The notes beneath the pieces are model-generated. The model was not told the origin of the DNA. It was given only the letters and a program-made list of their open reading frames with translations, and did no database searches. From positions 5,632,001-5,696,000 of the forward strand of contig OY762007.1 in NCBI GenBank assembly GCA_963665115.1: a stretch of 64,000 nt of DNA, read 5' to 3'. The number at the start of each line of letters is the position of its first letter. Position 1 is the stretch's first letter. This DNA comes from an uncultured Rivularia sp. (lineage in GTDB: Bacteria; Cyanobacteriota; Cyanobacteriia; Cyanobacteriales; Nostocaceae). The translations under genes and the position numbers were made by a program. Below, piece by piece: positions 11,373 to 21,354 of the stretch.

Positions 11373-11835
11373 TTACCGCTTCGCGTAAGTAAGAAGTAAC
11401 ACGGATATGATTTGAATCACAACGCGGATATTTCATAGAGATTCACCCTAATTAATATTTTCCGGAATGCAAAGATTATGCAAAGCCGATTTTTGATTGT
11501 AAAATTAATATTAAGTTAAGATAAAAATTTTACGATCGCCTCACTAAAAACCCCGATATTTCACATTTTTACGACGCTTTTTAAGTATTATTACTGCTTC
11601 ACAAATAAAAACTTATTCTTCACCCTTCCCTGAATTACCAACAAATCTCCAACAACCCGGTGGAAGACATTGATAACTGCTTGAAGCGCGAGTGGTAACT
11701 AAATCAATGACAGCAAAAAACTTAGCACGCTTAGTTTTGAAGTAGATCGATTCGCCATTTATAACAACTGCTCGCTGTTGTTGAAAATTTGTACATAATA
11801 ATAAAGTGTAGGGAAATTAATTTTTAGGGATAGCG

Positions 11836-12093
11836 ATGATAAGTCCGCAGCAAGTAGAAGAAATGATAAAGGCCCAAATGCCAGACGCTCAAGTTCAAGT
11901 AGAAGATTTAACTGGCGGTGGCGACCATTATCAAGTAAGTGTAGTTTCATCGCAGTTTGCAGGCAAGGGATTGGTAAAGCAACATCAGTTGGTTTATGGT
12001 GCGTTGAAACAAGCTATGTCTACCGAAGCTATTCATGCTCTAGCACTTAAAACATATACTCCCGAAGCTTGGCAAACAGCAGCCGCTTCATAA
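11836..12093 (+). CDS. bolA: BolA family protein
   Basis: [18 protein letters not shown] and IHAL motifs; adjacent to monothiol glutaredoxin. Confidence 0.95.
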   Translation: MISPQQVEEMIKAQMPDAQVQVEDLTGGGDHYQVSVVSSQFAGKGLVKQHQLVYGALKQAMSTEAIHALALKTYTPEAWQTAAAS

Positions 12094-12134
12094 GTCAAGT
12101 ATAGTTATGAGTTATGAATTGTTTACAGGAAGAT

Positions 12135-12249
12135 ATATAGCGTTTTTAAGTTAGATAGAATAATTCTTAGCCTCACCCCGCCTGATTAAGGAGAGGGGAA
12201 GGGGGTGGGTTAACCAAAATGTATCGCACTTAATCGAAAAGAACTATAT
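12135..12249. mobile_element. Degenerate ATATAG...CTATAT miniature inverted-repeat element with internal GC-rich hairpin
   Basis: Ends ATATAGCGTTTTT and GAAAAGAACTATAT are imperfectly complementary; internal CCTCACCCC...GGGGGTGGG. Confidence 0.45.
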
Positions 12250-12345
12250 CAACTTCTTCTGTAACAATAGTTGTAAACAAACTCTAGCTTATAGCTTCAA
12301 ATACCAGTTTTCGTACCCCCATACCAAAAACAAAAAGGAACTATC

Positions 12346-12669
12346 ATGACACCAGAAGCTAAAGAAAAAATTGATAATCTGGTACAGCAGAATAAAATCA
12401 TGGTCTTCATGAAGGGAAGCAAGTTAATGCCAATGTGCGGCTTCTCTAACAATGTTGTGCAAATTATTAACACCTTAGCAGTTCCCTACGAAACTTTTGA
12501 CATTCTTGAAGATGCAGAAGTACGTCAGGGAATCAAAGAATATTCTGATTGGCCTACCATTCCCCAGGTTTACATAAACGGTGAATTCGTTGGTGGTTCG
12601 GATATTTTGATTGAACTTTACCAGAAAGGTGAATTACAACAAATGGTTGAAGTCGCAATGGCTTCGTAG
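12346..12669 (+). CDS. grxD: Monothiol CGFS glutaredoxin
   Basis: KG...PMCGFS, WPTIPQ and GGSD motifs. Confidence 0.96.
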   Translation: MTPEAKEKIDNLVQQNKIMVFMKGSKLMPMCGFSNNVVQIINTLAVPYETFDILEDAEVRQGIKEYSDWPTIPQVYINGEFVGGSDILIELYQKGELQQMVEVAMAS

Positions 12670-12723
12670 GTTATATTTGGGCTGATGGATAAAATATCAA
12701 CCCAAATTTGACTTAGAAAAAAT

Positions 12724-12766
12724 CCCCTTACCGATTTCTTTGATAACCAATTAAATCGGTGAGGGG
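12724..12766. terminator. Stem-loop between convergent grxD and the DUF6761-like gene
   Basis: CCCCTTACCGATTT ... AAATCGGTGAGGGG inverted repeat. Confidence 0.55.
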
Positions 12767-12897
12767 TAACTATTAACTTAAATTGCTACAAAACATTTAC
12801 AAAATAGATCGCACCGCTGGTACAGTTGATATTCCCAGAGAATATGCTACAATTATCTGCGTTATGCAGAATTAACTATTAATTGACAGGGAAAAGT

Positions 12898-13149
12898 TTA
12901 TTGATAGTAATCTGGCTCTGCCTCTGGTTGAGTAACTGCAAAATTAGATACATCGAATAGAAAACGAGTAGCTTCTTCTTCTAAGCGATGAATTAAGTAA
13001 GGTTCAATGCCGTTGCTTTGTCTGAGCGCGGCTAAGTAACCGTCTAAATAAATCCGCATATCATCTGTACGATAACCCCGATTCCACATCTCGACGAAGG
13101 CATCAGTTAACGTTTGATAGTAGCGGATGGTTCGTGTGTCTTGGAGCAT
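12898..13149 (-). CDS. Conserved cyanobacterial small protein (DUF6761-like), divergent from nrrA
   Basis: MLQDTRTIRYYQ.LTDAFVE.WNRGYR...YLDGYLAALR; start moved to ATG at 13149. Confidence 0.8.
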   Translation of the reverse strand: MLQDTRTIRYYQTLTDAFVEMWNRGYRTDDMRIYLDGYLAALRQSNGIEPYLIHRLEEEATRFLFDVSNFAVTQPEAEPDYYQ

Positions 13150-13648
13150 AAGATAAGAGAAAAATGTCCCTATGGGTTGGAATGAGAATTGTAAATGATT
13201 CAAGCCTAGATGTGAAGTCTAACTTTTAAATAGGCATGAATTACAAGTGAATATAATTTGCGTGAAAAAAATTAGCTATTGTCACGACCTCTACACATAT
13301 CCTATTCCTTAAAAGGTTAAATGTGATGAGTAAATAAGCGATTGTTATATTTTTCCTACATGATTAATTCATTATCTGTCAGGGATGCTTTACGCTATTA
13401 AAAATAAAATATCTACCCCCCAGCTCATTGGAAAACGCTTTACCTAAGCTTATTACAGAACTAGGCTTTGCCCCTCGTAATTTGAATGCAAGTAATACAA
13501 TGAAAAGAACAAAACTACTAACAAATATCTTAGCTTTAGTATACCAAAAATCGATAAGTGTAACCAATGCTGTTGCAAATTCCGCAACCGCCTAAAGAAA
13601 GCGTCCAATTAAAAAAAATCTTTAAATGTCAAGCAAATGCCAATTGGA

Positions 13649-13691
13649 GTAACAACGGTTACAAAACCGATGCTATAGGCTTTGTTACCTT
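13649..13691 (+). promoter_or_regulatory. NtcA-activated (class II) promoter of nrrA
   Basis: GTA-ACAACGGT-TAC at 13649-13662, 23-nt spacer, TACCTT (TAN3T) at 13686-13691, 32 nt before the GTG start. Confidence 0.85.
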
Positions 13692-13723
13692 GAAAGTCAT
13701 ACTCGAATGAGGGGTTTGCCACC

Positions 13724-14518
13724 GTGGGTTCGGTTTGTATAGAAATTATTGAGGGGAATCCCCATTTAAGGTCGCTGTTAGGTTGGCACTTACAACAATT
13801 GGACTATCGAGTATTTCAGGCTGCTAGCATTTATCAAGCTAAAGAAGCCTTTATGACTCATCAACCAACACTAGTTGTTCTTGATGCCGATCTGCCCGAT
13901 GGTGATGGAGTCGAGTTTTGTCGTTGGTTAAATCGCCAGCAACAGCCTTTGATTCTAATGCTCTCTGCGCGAAATAACGAAGCTGATATTGTCACGGGCT
14001 TGAAAGCAGGTGCAGATGATTACTTAAGCAAACCTTTTGGGATGCAAGAGTTTTTAGCCAGAGTAGAAGCACTTGTTCGCCGCAAGCGTACTCCTGTAGC
14101 GCCTGCTTACCTAGATTACGGTGCTTTGCAAATTGATTTAATCCAGCGCCGCGTCCGCTTTAAAGGTGAATTTATTGATTTAACACCCCAAGAATTCAGC
14201 TTGCTTTATGTATTAGCTCAAGCAGCTGGAATACCTTTATCCCGCTCGGAATTGCTGCGTCGTGCTTGGCCTGACGCAATAGATAATCCGCGCACGATTG
14301 ATACGCACGTATTATCGCTGCGGAAAAAAGTAGAATTAGATCCACGCCAACCAAGTCTAATTCAGACCATACGCAACGTAGGATATCGGTTTAACGTCGA
14401 AATTCTAAATATAAATGTTTCTCAAAATATTACCGAGCGATCGCCAGCAAAGATAGCTAACCATCAGCCAAAAAACCAATTTACTAGTCAGCATTCTACG
14501 ATTGCTTCAGGGAGGTGA
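13724..14518 (+). CDS. nrrA: Nitrogen-regulated OmpR-family response regulator
   Basis: Distinctive N-terminus EGNPHLRSLLGWHLQQ as in NrrA/Rre37; OmpR winged helix (LTPQEF, RTIDTHV, NVGYRF); NtcA promoter upstream. Confidence 0.85.
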   Translation: MGSVCIEIIEGNPHLRSLLGWHLQQLDYRVFQAASIYQAKEAFMTHQPTLVVLDADLPDGDGVEFCRWLNRQQQPLILMLSARNNEADIVTGLKAGADDYLSKPFGMQEFLARVEALVRRKRTPVAPAYLDYGALQIDLIQRRVRFKGEFIDLTPQEFSLLYVLAQAAGIPLSRSELLRRAWPDAIDNPRTIDTHVLSLRKKVELDPRQPSLIQTIRNVGYRFNVEILNINVSQNITERSPAKIANHQPKNQFTSQHSTIASGR

Positions 14519-14520
14519 GC

Positions 14521-14700
14521 GGATGGGGAGATGAGGGGACAAGGAGATGGGGAGACAAGTGGACAAGGAGATGGGGAGGACATTTCCGTGCGGGGGTTCC
14601 CCCCGTTGAGGAAAGTGTCCGTAGACAAGGGGACATAGGGAGAATTAAAACCCTTAATTCTTAATTCCTAACTCTTAACTATTCTCAATGCCCAATGCCC
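14521..14700. repeat. STRR tract (GGGGACA/AGGAGAT type) carrying a 43-bp small dispersed repeat at 14578-14620
   Basis: GGACATTTCCGTGCGGGGGTTCCCCCCGTTGAGGAAAGTGTCC; second copy inverted at 42013-42055. Confidence 0.85.
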
Positions 14701-14720
14701 TGCGGCCCCAATTCTCATTT

Positions 14721-15494
14721 TTAAAATTCAAAGTCATCGTCGGCTTCTGCTTGTTTCAAGGTTTCTTGCAAATTATTCCAGTTTATTTGAGAAGCTGTTT
14801 GATTTTTGATTAAACGCCCTTGTTGCAAGTGAAAAAGCCGGGTACAAAACATCTGGGCTAAATTTAGCTGGTGATTCACCATCAAAATTGTGGTTTGGTG
14901 CTTTTCGTATAGCTGATTTAAGATTTCTATGATGCGCTCTGCTGTTCCTGAATCTAAGTTAGAGGTTGGTTCATCTAACAATAGAATTTTTGGCTGGATA
15001 ACTAAACCTCTCGCAAGGTTTACTAACTGTCGCTGTCCGTTAGAAAGCTGCGTTTCCGTTCTTCCTAACCAGTCGTCTGGAATCTGTAGCTGTTCCATCC
15101 AATAGCTTAAACGTTGCTGAATTTGAGGCTTAGGTAGATTTCGCAAAATAAGCGGATAAGCTAAAGCCTCTCTGACGCTCATTCCTAACAACTTTGGTTC
15201 TTGTGATACTAGTATTACAGATTGACGTAATTCTTTCACGGCAATTTGCCGATACTCTCGATTGTCAAAATAAATTTTACCATTTGTGGCTTCGCACAAA
15301 CGATTTAAAAGCCTTAATAAATAAGACTTCCCCGCGCCAGTTGGTCCTATAATTGCAATGCGATCGCCTTCGTAAACCTCGAATGAGATATCCTGCAATA
15401 TGGGATATTCGGGTAATTTATGCTTGGCTTGAACGGTCAGTTTTTCTGTGTAGCTGACTTGTTCTAATTTGAGTTGGATTTTAGGCTTCTCCAA
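14721..15494 (-). CDS. ABC transporter ATP-binding protein (orphan)
   Basis: Walker A GPTGAGKS, signature LSNGQ, LLLDEPT, H-loop. Confidence 0.92.
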   Translation of the reverse strand: MEKPKIQLKLEQVSYTEKLTVQAKHKLPEYPILQDISFEVYEGDRIAIIGPTGAGKSYLLRLLNRLCEATNGKIYFDNREYRQIAVKELRQSVILVSQEPKLLGMSVREALAYPLILRNLPKPQIQQRLSYWMEQLQIPDDWLGRTETQLSNGQRQLVNLARGLVIQPKILLLDEPTSNLDSGTAERIIEILNQLYEKHQTTILMVNHQLNLAQMFCTRLFHLQQGRLIKNQTASQINWNNLQETLKQAEADDDFEF

Positions 15495-15592
15495 ATTTAA
15501 AACCTCGCCCGCTAAGTTTTGTCGGGTTAATAGTCGAGTTAGTGTCTAAAATACTATTCTGGACTCAAAAAATATAACTCGTCATTTTAATT

Positions 15593-16360
15593 GTGAACGA
15601 TTCAACTATATCTTGTTTGCCAAGAATGATGGACATCTGGGAACAAACCCTTAATTGGCAGCCATCTTCTCAACAGCAACAACAATTTCAACGTCTTTAT
15701 GAGTTGATTCTTGAAGGAAACCGTCAGCTAAATTTAACTCGCATTACCCAACCTGAAGATTTTTGGGAAAAACATTTATGGGATTCTTTGCGGGGAATTA
15801 AGTTTTTGATTTCAAGTGAGGGGGGAGAGGGGGAAGAGGTAGGAGATAGGAAAGAAATTAAGATTATTGATTTAGGTACGGGTGCGGGTTTTCCTGGCAT
15901 TCCAGCAGCTATTATTGTTAATAATTGTACGATTAATTTAGTTGATTCTACTAAGAAAAAAATTAATTTTATAGATAGTATTTTGCCCGTACTTAATCTA
16001 AGTAACGTTAAAGCAACTACTTCTAGAGCAGAAGAAATCGGTAGAGACAGCAATCATAGAGAAAATTACGATATAGCGCTGATTAGGGCTGTAGCTTCAG
16101 CTTCGGCTTGTGCAGAATATGCTTTACCATTGTTAAAACAAGGAGGATTAGCTGTAGTTTACCGGGGTAGCTGGACGGAAGAAGAAAATCTCGGCATAGA
16201 AAACGCCGTCGGACAATTGGGCGGAATTGTAGAATCAATCGAACAATTTAATACACCCTTGAGTAACGGCGATCGCCATTGTCTCTATTTGCGAAAAACA
16301 GCAAATACCCCTGCGAAGTTTCCCCGCGCAGTTGGCGTACCCTCTCGGAATCCGCTTTGA
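15593..16360 (+). CDS. rsmG: 16S rRNA (guanine527-N7) methyltransferase
   Basis: NLTRI, HLWDS, DLGTGAGFPG, RAEE and RAVA motifs. Confidence 0.95.
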   Translation: MNDSTISCLPRMMDIWEQTLNWQPSSQQQQQFQRLYELILEGNRQLNLTRITQPEDFWEKHLWDSLRGIKFLISSEGGEGEEVGDRKEIKIIDLGTGAGFPGIPAAIIVNNCTINLVDSTKKKINFIDSILPVLNLSNVKATTSRAEEIGRDSNHRENYDIALIRAVASASACAEYALPLLKQGGLAVVYRGSWTEEENLGIENAVGQLGGIVESIEQFNTPLSNGDRHCLYLRKTANTPAKFPRAVGVPSRNPL

Positions 16361-16603
16361 GAAGAGGGGAATAGGGAGATGGGGAGAAAAAATTAATTTA
16401 TTAACTCCTAAATCTTAACTCCTAACTCCGTGAGCTATGCCCAATGCCCAATCCCCCATGCCCAATTCCCTATGCCAAATCCTCAATTCCCAATTGCGTA
16501 TATTAATTTACGAGTTTTTTACAGAATATTCTTGAGATAATAAAAGAAAAAGATTATAAACGTTTTACAAACTAAGCATAGCTAGGAAGGAATAAAAAAA
16601 GCC

Positions 16604-17140
16604 ATGAGTGAAGCAGCAGAAGTTAAAACAACCGATTCCAATGAAAAAGGTTCGGGGTTTTCTAAATTTAAGAAAATTCTAATTGGTGTTGTAATCGCGA
16701 CGATTGCGGGTGCAGCTTTATACGGTGCTGGTTGGTGGCAAGGGCGTTCTCAATTTGCTGGTGATGATGAGCCAATCAAGCGAGAGTTACAGCAAACTAA
16801 GGAACTGTTGAATACATCAACAAATCGTGCTTATTTGATGGAAGCTCGTGGCGATTTGTATGATGTTACAGTCAACTTGGACGAGCGTAACTTTGGTATG
16901 GCAAATACTCGCTTGCAGGAAGCAGCAGCAGCTTTAGGTAAAGTTGAGGATGACGGTAATTTGAATATTAATAAAATACAAGAGTTGCAAAAAGCTGTTG
17001 CGAAAAAGAATATCAATGTTGCGGTTAATTTAGAACAACAGCGCAATAGTGTTTTAAGCTACATTAATGTTTTAAATAAACTGATTCCAGCTGAAGGAAA
17101 CTTAGAGATTCCCGCAGCGGAAGAAGCCCCTCAACAATAA
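16604..17140 (+). CDS. Hypothetical single-TM helical protein
   Basis: 178-aa ORF with RBS-like AAGGA, one N-terminal hydrophobic helix and a coiled-coil body. Confidence 0.75.
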   Translation: MSEAAEVKTTDSNEKGSGFSKFKKILIGVVIATIAGAALYGAGWWQGRSQFAGDDEPIKRELQQTKELLNTSTNRAYLMEARGDLYDVTVNLDERNFGMANTRLQEAAAALGKVEDDGNLNINKIQELQKAVAKKNINVAVNLEQQRNSVLSYINVLNKLIPAEGNLEIPAAEEAPQQ

Positions 17141-17176
17141 AGGTTCGGATTCAGGTAACTGAAAATAAATTTGTGG

Positions 17177-17212
17177 AAACTGTAGTTATTTTTAGGTGAC
17201 TACAGTTTTTTA
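17177..17212 (+). terminator. Intrinsic terminator
   Basis: AAACTGTAGTTA/TGACTACAGTTT stem followed by a T-run. Confidence 0.65.
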
Positions 17213-17271
17213 TTAGCTAGTTAAACAAGCTTTGCTAAATTGAGTGATACTATATATGATACTATTTCTCG

Positions 17272-17571
17272 ATGAGCAAATTAGAGAAATTAGTACAGTA
17301 ATTCCTTAGAAAACCTTCGGAAGTTAGGTTTGAAGATGTACGCTATATTTTAGAAGCCTTCGGGTTTGATGAGAAGCGCTCTAAAGGCAGTCATCATAGT
17401 TTTTGTGACTTCCAAGGTAGAACAATTACTATTCCCAAAAAAGGTGAAAAAAAAGTTAAAGGGGGTGTATATCGAAAAAATTGTTGAACTATTAAATTTA
17501 GAAGAGTGGAATTATGACCTGAAGGTGTAAGCCTGAATCAATACATTGTTTTCTTATTAAGCAATTCATGA
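17272..17571 (+). pseudogene. hicA: hicA toxin pseudogene joined to the last 16 codons of a hicB antitoxin
   Basis: Manual translation MSKLEKLVQ*FLRKPSEVRFEDVRYILEAFGFDEKRSKGSHHSF...ITIPK shows the HicA GSH motif, with in-frame TAA at 17299 and an extra G at 17461-65. It is followed by EGVSLNQYIVFLLSNS* (HicB C-terminal ribbon-helix-helix tail) at 17521-17571. Confidence 0.85.
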
Positions 17572-18140
17572 AATTATTTTGGCAATTAAGTAAAGCTCCC
17601 ATTATACAAATAATAGGTTTGCTTTCAAGCGTATTCATTATTAACAATCCTGCTTTAGCTCAAGAAACATCTAAACAACCTCAACCCCCGAAGGAACTTG
17701 AACGTTTAGAATATTTACAAGGAACTTGGCGCTGTCAACAACCAGCAGCACCTGCACCTGCATCGGGTGTATTTATTTGGACGGTGAAAAAAGATTTAAA
17801 CAACTTTTGGTACTTGGGAAATGCTGAAGAAACAAAATCGGCAAATGGTGGTAAACCTATCAACGCAAGAGAATTTCTCGGATATAATGTAGCTTCTAAA
17901 AAATTAATCCGTTCTGTTGTAGTGGGTGACGGTAATTCATATAATATGACTGCATCCGATTGGCAAAATGGAAAATTAGTCTGGGAAGGATTTCTTTTTA
18001 GAATGGGACAATCTACACCTCTTCGTCAAGAAATTGTACAAGATAGTCAAAATAAATTTACTGCAACTTATTTTCTTCCCGATAAAGCAAACCGATGGAA
18101 ACCCGCAGTTAATGAAACTTGCAATCGTTTGAAACCTTAA
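17568..18140 (+). CDS. Exported beta-barrel-like hypothetical protein (DUF1579-like)
   Basis: Signal peptide ending ALA-Q; L.YLQGTWRC...FLGYN...W.G pattern; two Cys. Confidence 0.7.
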   Translation: MKLFWQLSKAPIIQIIGLLSSVFIINNPALAQETSKQPQPPKELERLEYLQGTWRCQQPAAPAPASGVFIWTVKKDLNNFWYLGNAEETKSANGGKPINAREFLGYNVASKKLIRSVVVGDGNSYNMTASDWQNGKLVWEGFLFRMGQSTPLRQEIVQDSQNKFTATYFLPDKANRWKPAVNETCNRLKP

Positions 18141-18365
18141 TAAAGGTACTTTGAATAAGCGCTTTCTTACAGCGCAAACTATTAGGTATGTAATTACAAT
18201 TAGTAAGAAAACAAACCCGATAGGATGAACTGAGACAAAAGGTAATTTTCATCAGCTGGGTAAAGTTAAAGGTTTAATCAAAAATCATAATAAAAACCAT
18301 CCTCGTTGATGTTCGGCTAAAAGCGTATCTCAACCCAAAAATAAACCTACTTATAAATAAAATAT

Positions 18366-19353
18366 TCAACCAAGCCCCAAATCCTCATCCAAACCCAGCA
18401 TAATATTTAGATTCTGTACCGCAGCACCTGAAGCACCTTTTCCTAAATTATCCAATCGCGCTACTAATAAGGCTTCTTTTGTTTGATCGTTCGCAAATAC
18501 AAACACTTGCACTAAGTTAGTATTATTCGCTGCTTGAGCATCAAGAAACTTGCCCTTGCGTAAAGAACCGTTATCATTTAAAGGCGCGACGGAAACGTAT
18601 TTTTCGTTTTGATAATATTCTTTGAGGGTATTATGAATCAATTCACCGCTAAGTTTGTTTTTAAACTCATTTTTAAATGGATTTTGCAGCGAGTGTAAAG
18701 GTAAAGGAATCTGAACTAACATTCCTTTTTCAAAATTACCTACAGCAGGAACAAACAACGGTGGAGATTGCAAACCGGAATGCTCGTGCATTTCTTTCAC
18801 GTGTTTATGTGCGAAAGTTAAACCGTAGATTCCATAAGCATAGTTGTTTGCTTGTTCCCCCGAAGCGCTTTGATATTCTTCCATCAGTTTTCTTCCTCCT
18901 CCCGAATATCCAGAAATCGCATTAATAGTTGCGGGAAAATCTTTGGGGATAATACCTGCTGCAACTAAAGGGACGCATACAGGCTAAAAACCCGGTGGGA
19001 TAGCATCCGGGATTACTGACTCTTTTAGCGTTTCTAATTTCTTCTCGACGTTTTTCTTCTAATTCGGGAAAGCCATACACCCAGCCATTTGCAACGCGGT
19101 GAGCGGAACTTGCATCTAATATTTTGACATTGGGGTTGGTGACAAAACTTACAGATTCACGGGCTGCGTCGTCGGGTAAACAAAGAATGGCAACGTCAGC
19201 TGAGTTAATGAAGTGCGATCGCGCTTGAGCATCTTTACGTTTTTCTGGAGGTATGCTGACAATTTCAATATCATCGCGTTCGTTTAAACGTGAGTGAATT
19301 TGCAATCCTGTGGTACCCTCTGCACCATCAATAAAAACTGTAGGTTTAGCCAT
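18366..19353 (-). CDS. argC: N-acetyl-gamma-glutamyl-phosphate reductase (short type), split by an extra base near 18970
   Basis: IDGAEGTTG, NPGCYPT catalytic motif, DNLGKGASGAAVQN. Removing one base gives MRPLVAAGIIP...GYSGGG. Confidence 0.93.
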
Positions 19354-20020
19354 AATTCCATACCTTTCCTGAAAAACTCGGAGATGCTTTTATATTTTCT
19401 CACTAATGTTGTCCAATTTCCACTATTAGTTATTCGTACAATTGGCTAGATTCTCGATGAATTAAATGTACTTATTGTTTTATTTCTTTGATTTATTTCA
19501 AATGTAAACTAACTTCGACCCAGATTTTATTATCAATCGATATAATTCACTCGGCAAAGTATTCTATTGGAAATATACCGCAAAAAAATTAGACTTTTTT
19601 TAATTAATGAATGATTAATTACACTTAATAGTTTAAGTAGCTTCTCAGACTGTATGTAGCGGTTTTCAGTATTTAAACAAAATCGATTTTATTTTAACTT
19701 GATGAAAACCACTAAAGCATTTAGATAAAAAATACAAGTGCTTTAGGGTTGACCAATCTAATCCATAAAAAATTTAACGAACATAATTCCTATATGAAAT
19801 AAAAACCGATTTACTATTTTAGTTTTTATAAAGATATTGAAATGCGTGTACGTCCAAGCTTTTAAAAAAATAAAATAATTCGTTAATTTTAAAAGCAACG
19901 AAAATAAATTAAAATTTGATATTCGTTTATTTTATATCCAGATAATTACGAGAATTCATGACTTACTATGTAAATGGTTTTGTTGGAACCCCAGGTAGAA
20001 CTAAGTGAGGAAATATAAAA

Positions 20021-20869
20021 ATGGCTGATGAAAACACGACTTTAGATTTACTTGCCCAGAATGAAATAGATCCTATCTCTACTCCCCAGGTAGATAAATC
20101 TAAGGAAAGACCGTCTGATTCAAACGAAGCGCAATCTTTTATCATCAACAGTTCCGTTAACAACGGTAGTTTTGAAGGTTCTTTCTTTGAGGGAGGTACT
20201 TTTGAGAATTGGCGGACTATTGGTGATACCAGTATCGAGACAAAAGACATCGGAATTCCTCCTAGCGACGGAGAGTTCCAAGCTTTAATTACTAATGGTT
20301 CTAGCGATGCGGGTGGTTCGGTTGAAGAATCCGATTTATCTGATTTTCTAGACTTACCATCAGGCTCTCTCGATGCTGTGCTTAGTGGGGATGCAACAGA
20401 AGGTTCGGGAATCAAACAAACATTTAACGCCCAAGCTGGTGATATTTTAGAGTTTGATTTTTCCTTTCTTACCAATGAAGGAACCCCATCCTCAAGTTTC
20501 AACGATTCAGCTTTCTTCTCTGTTGGTGGGTTTACTCAGGAATTAACTGATACATTCGACTCTACTTTCTCCGATCAATCTGTAGAGAGATTTACTCAAG
20601 CAACCGAAAGTCAATCTACGAAAATCTTAATTCAGCAAGCTGGAACTTATGAGTTAGGCTTCGGAATTGTAGATTTATCCGATACTGTTGTCGATTCTGG
20701 ACTACTGATTGACGATGTAAAGCTTACCTCAACAGGTGTGGGTCCTTTTTCAACAGAATCTTTAACAGTCGAAGGTGGTGATAATACTATTATTAATCCC
20801 GAATTTGATTTCATTCTTAAAACTAATGGATTAGAAACTGTTGGGGATTCTTCCAATCCCCTGCAATAA
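20021..20869 (+). CDS. Highly acidic beta-sandwich-like hypothetical protein
   Basis: 282 aa rich in D/E/S/G/T, with NGSFE...W and DSGLLIDDV motifs reminiscent of extracellular jelly-roll domains; RBS GAGGA upstream. Confidence 0.7.
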   Translation: MADENTTLDLLAQNEIDPISTPQVDKSKERPSDSNEAQSFIINSSVNNGSFEGSFFEGGTFENWRTIGDTSIETKDIGIPPSDGEFQALITNGSSDAGGSVEESDLSDFLDLPSGSLDAVLSGDATEGSGIKQTFNAQAGDILEFDFSFLTNEGTPSSSFNDSAFFSVGGFTQELTDTFDSTFSDQSVERFTQATESQSTKILIQQAGTYELGFGIVDLSDTVVDSGLLIDDVKLTSTGVGPFSTESLTVEGGDNTIINPEFDFILKTNGLETVGDSSNPLQ

Positions 20870-20959
20870 TGATTAAATCCACGAAAAGGCAATAACAGGT
20901 TTTATCGTGGTTCACGTATGAGGTTGTATATAGCACTCCTCAATCATTGTTGATTATTA

Positions 20960-20992
20960 AGAAACCCGGTTTTTTATAAAAACCGGGTTTCT
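20960..20992. repeat. Perfect 15-bp inverted repeat inside a degenerate ATATAGC...GCAATATAT element
   Basis: AGAAACCCGGTTTTT-TAT-AAAAACCGGGTTTCT. Confidence 0.75.
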
Positions 20993-21354
20993 CCGCATGA
21001 CCGTTCCAATGCAGGTTTAAGCAATATATTTTCCCGATTTAATTCGGAAAACGCGGTACTGTAAATAGAATTCACAGTTGAAATGGTAATATAATATTGG
21101 ATTTACGGTCAGTTATTTTACTTAATACATTTCTGTAACAATTAATGGAATAATAGATTCAATCTTGTACTGATTGACCGAATCAATTTTAGATTTAGGA
21201 TGTTGCTGAAGGTTAGATGTATCAGTTTCGATTACGTCAAACTTATAGGTACACCCAACCTCTCTTTTTAAGTGGGGCTTGCGTAAATTTTAATTTATTG
21301 AATTAATCTAAAATATAAAATTGATTGACCGATTCTTTTTCACGTTCATTGAAG

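Noticed and set aside
11590..11760. Short minus-strand ORFs divergent from bolA
   Set aside because: Interrupted by stops with no recognisable protein motif.
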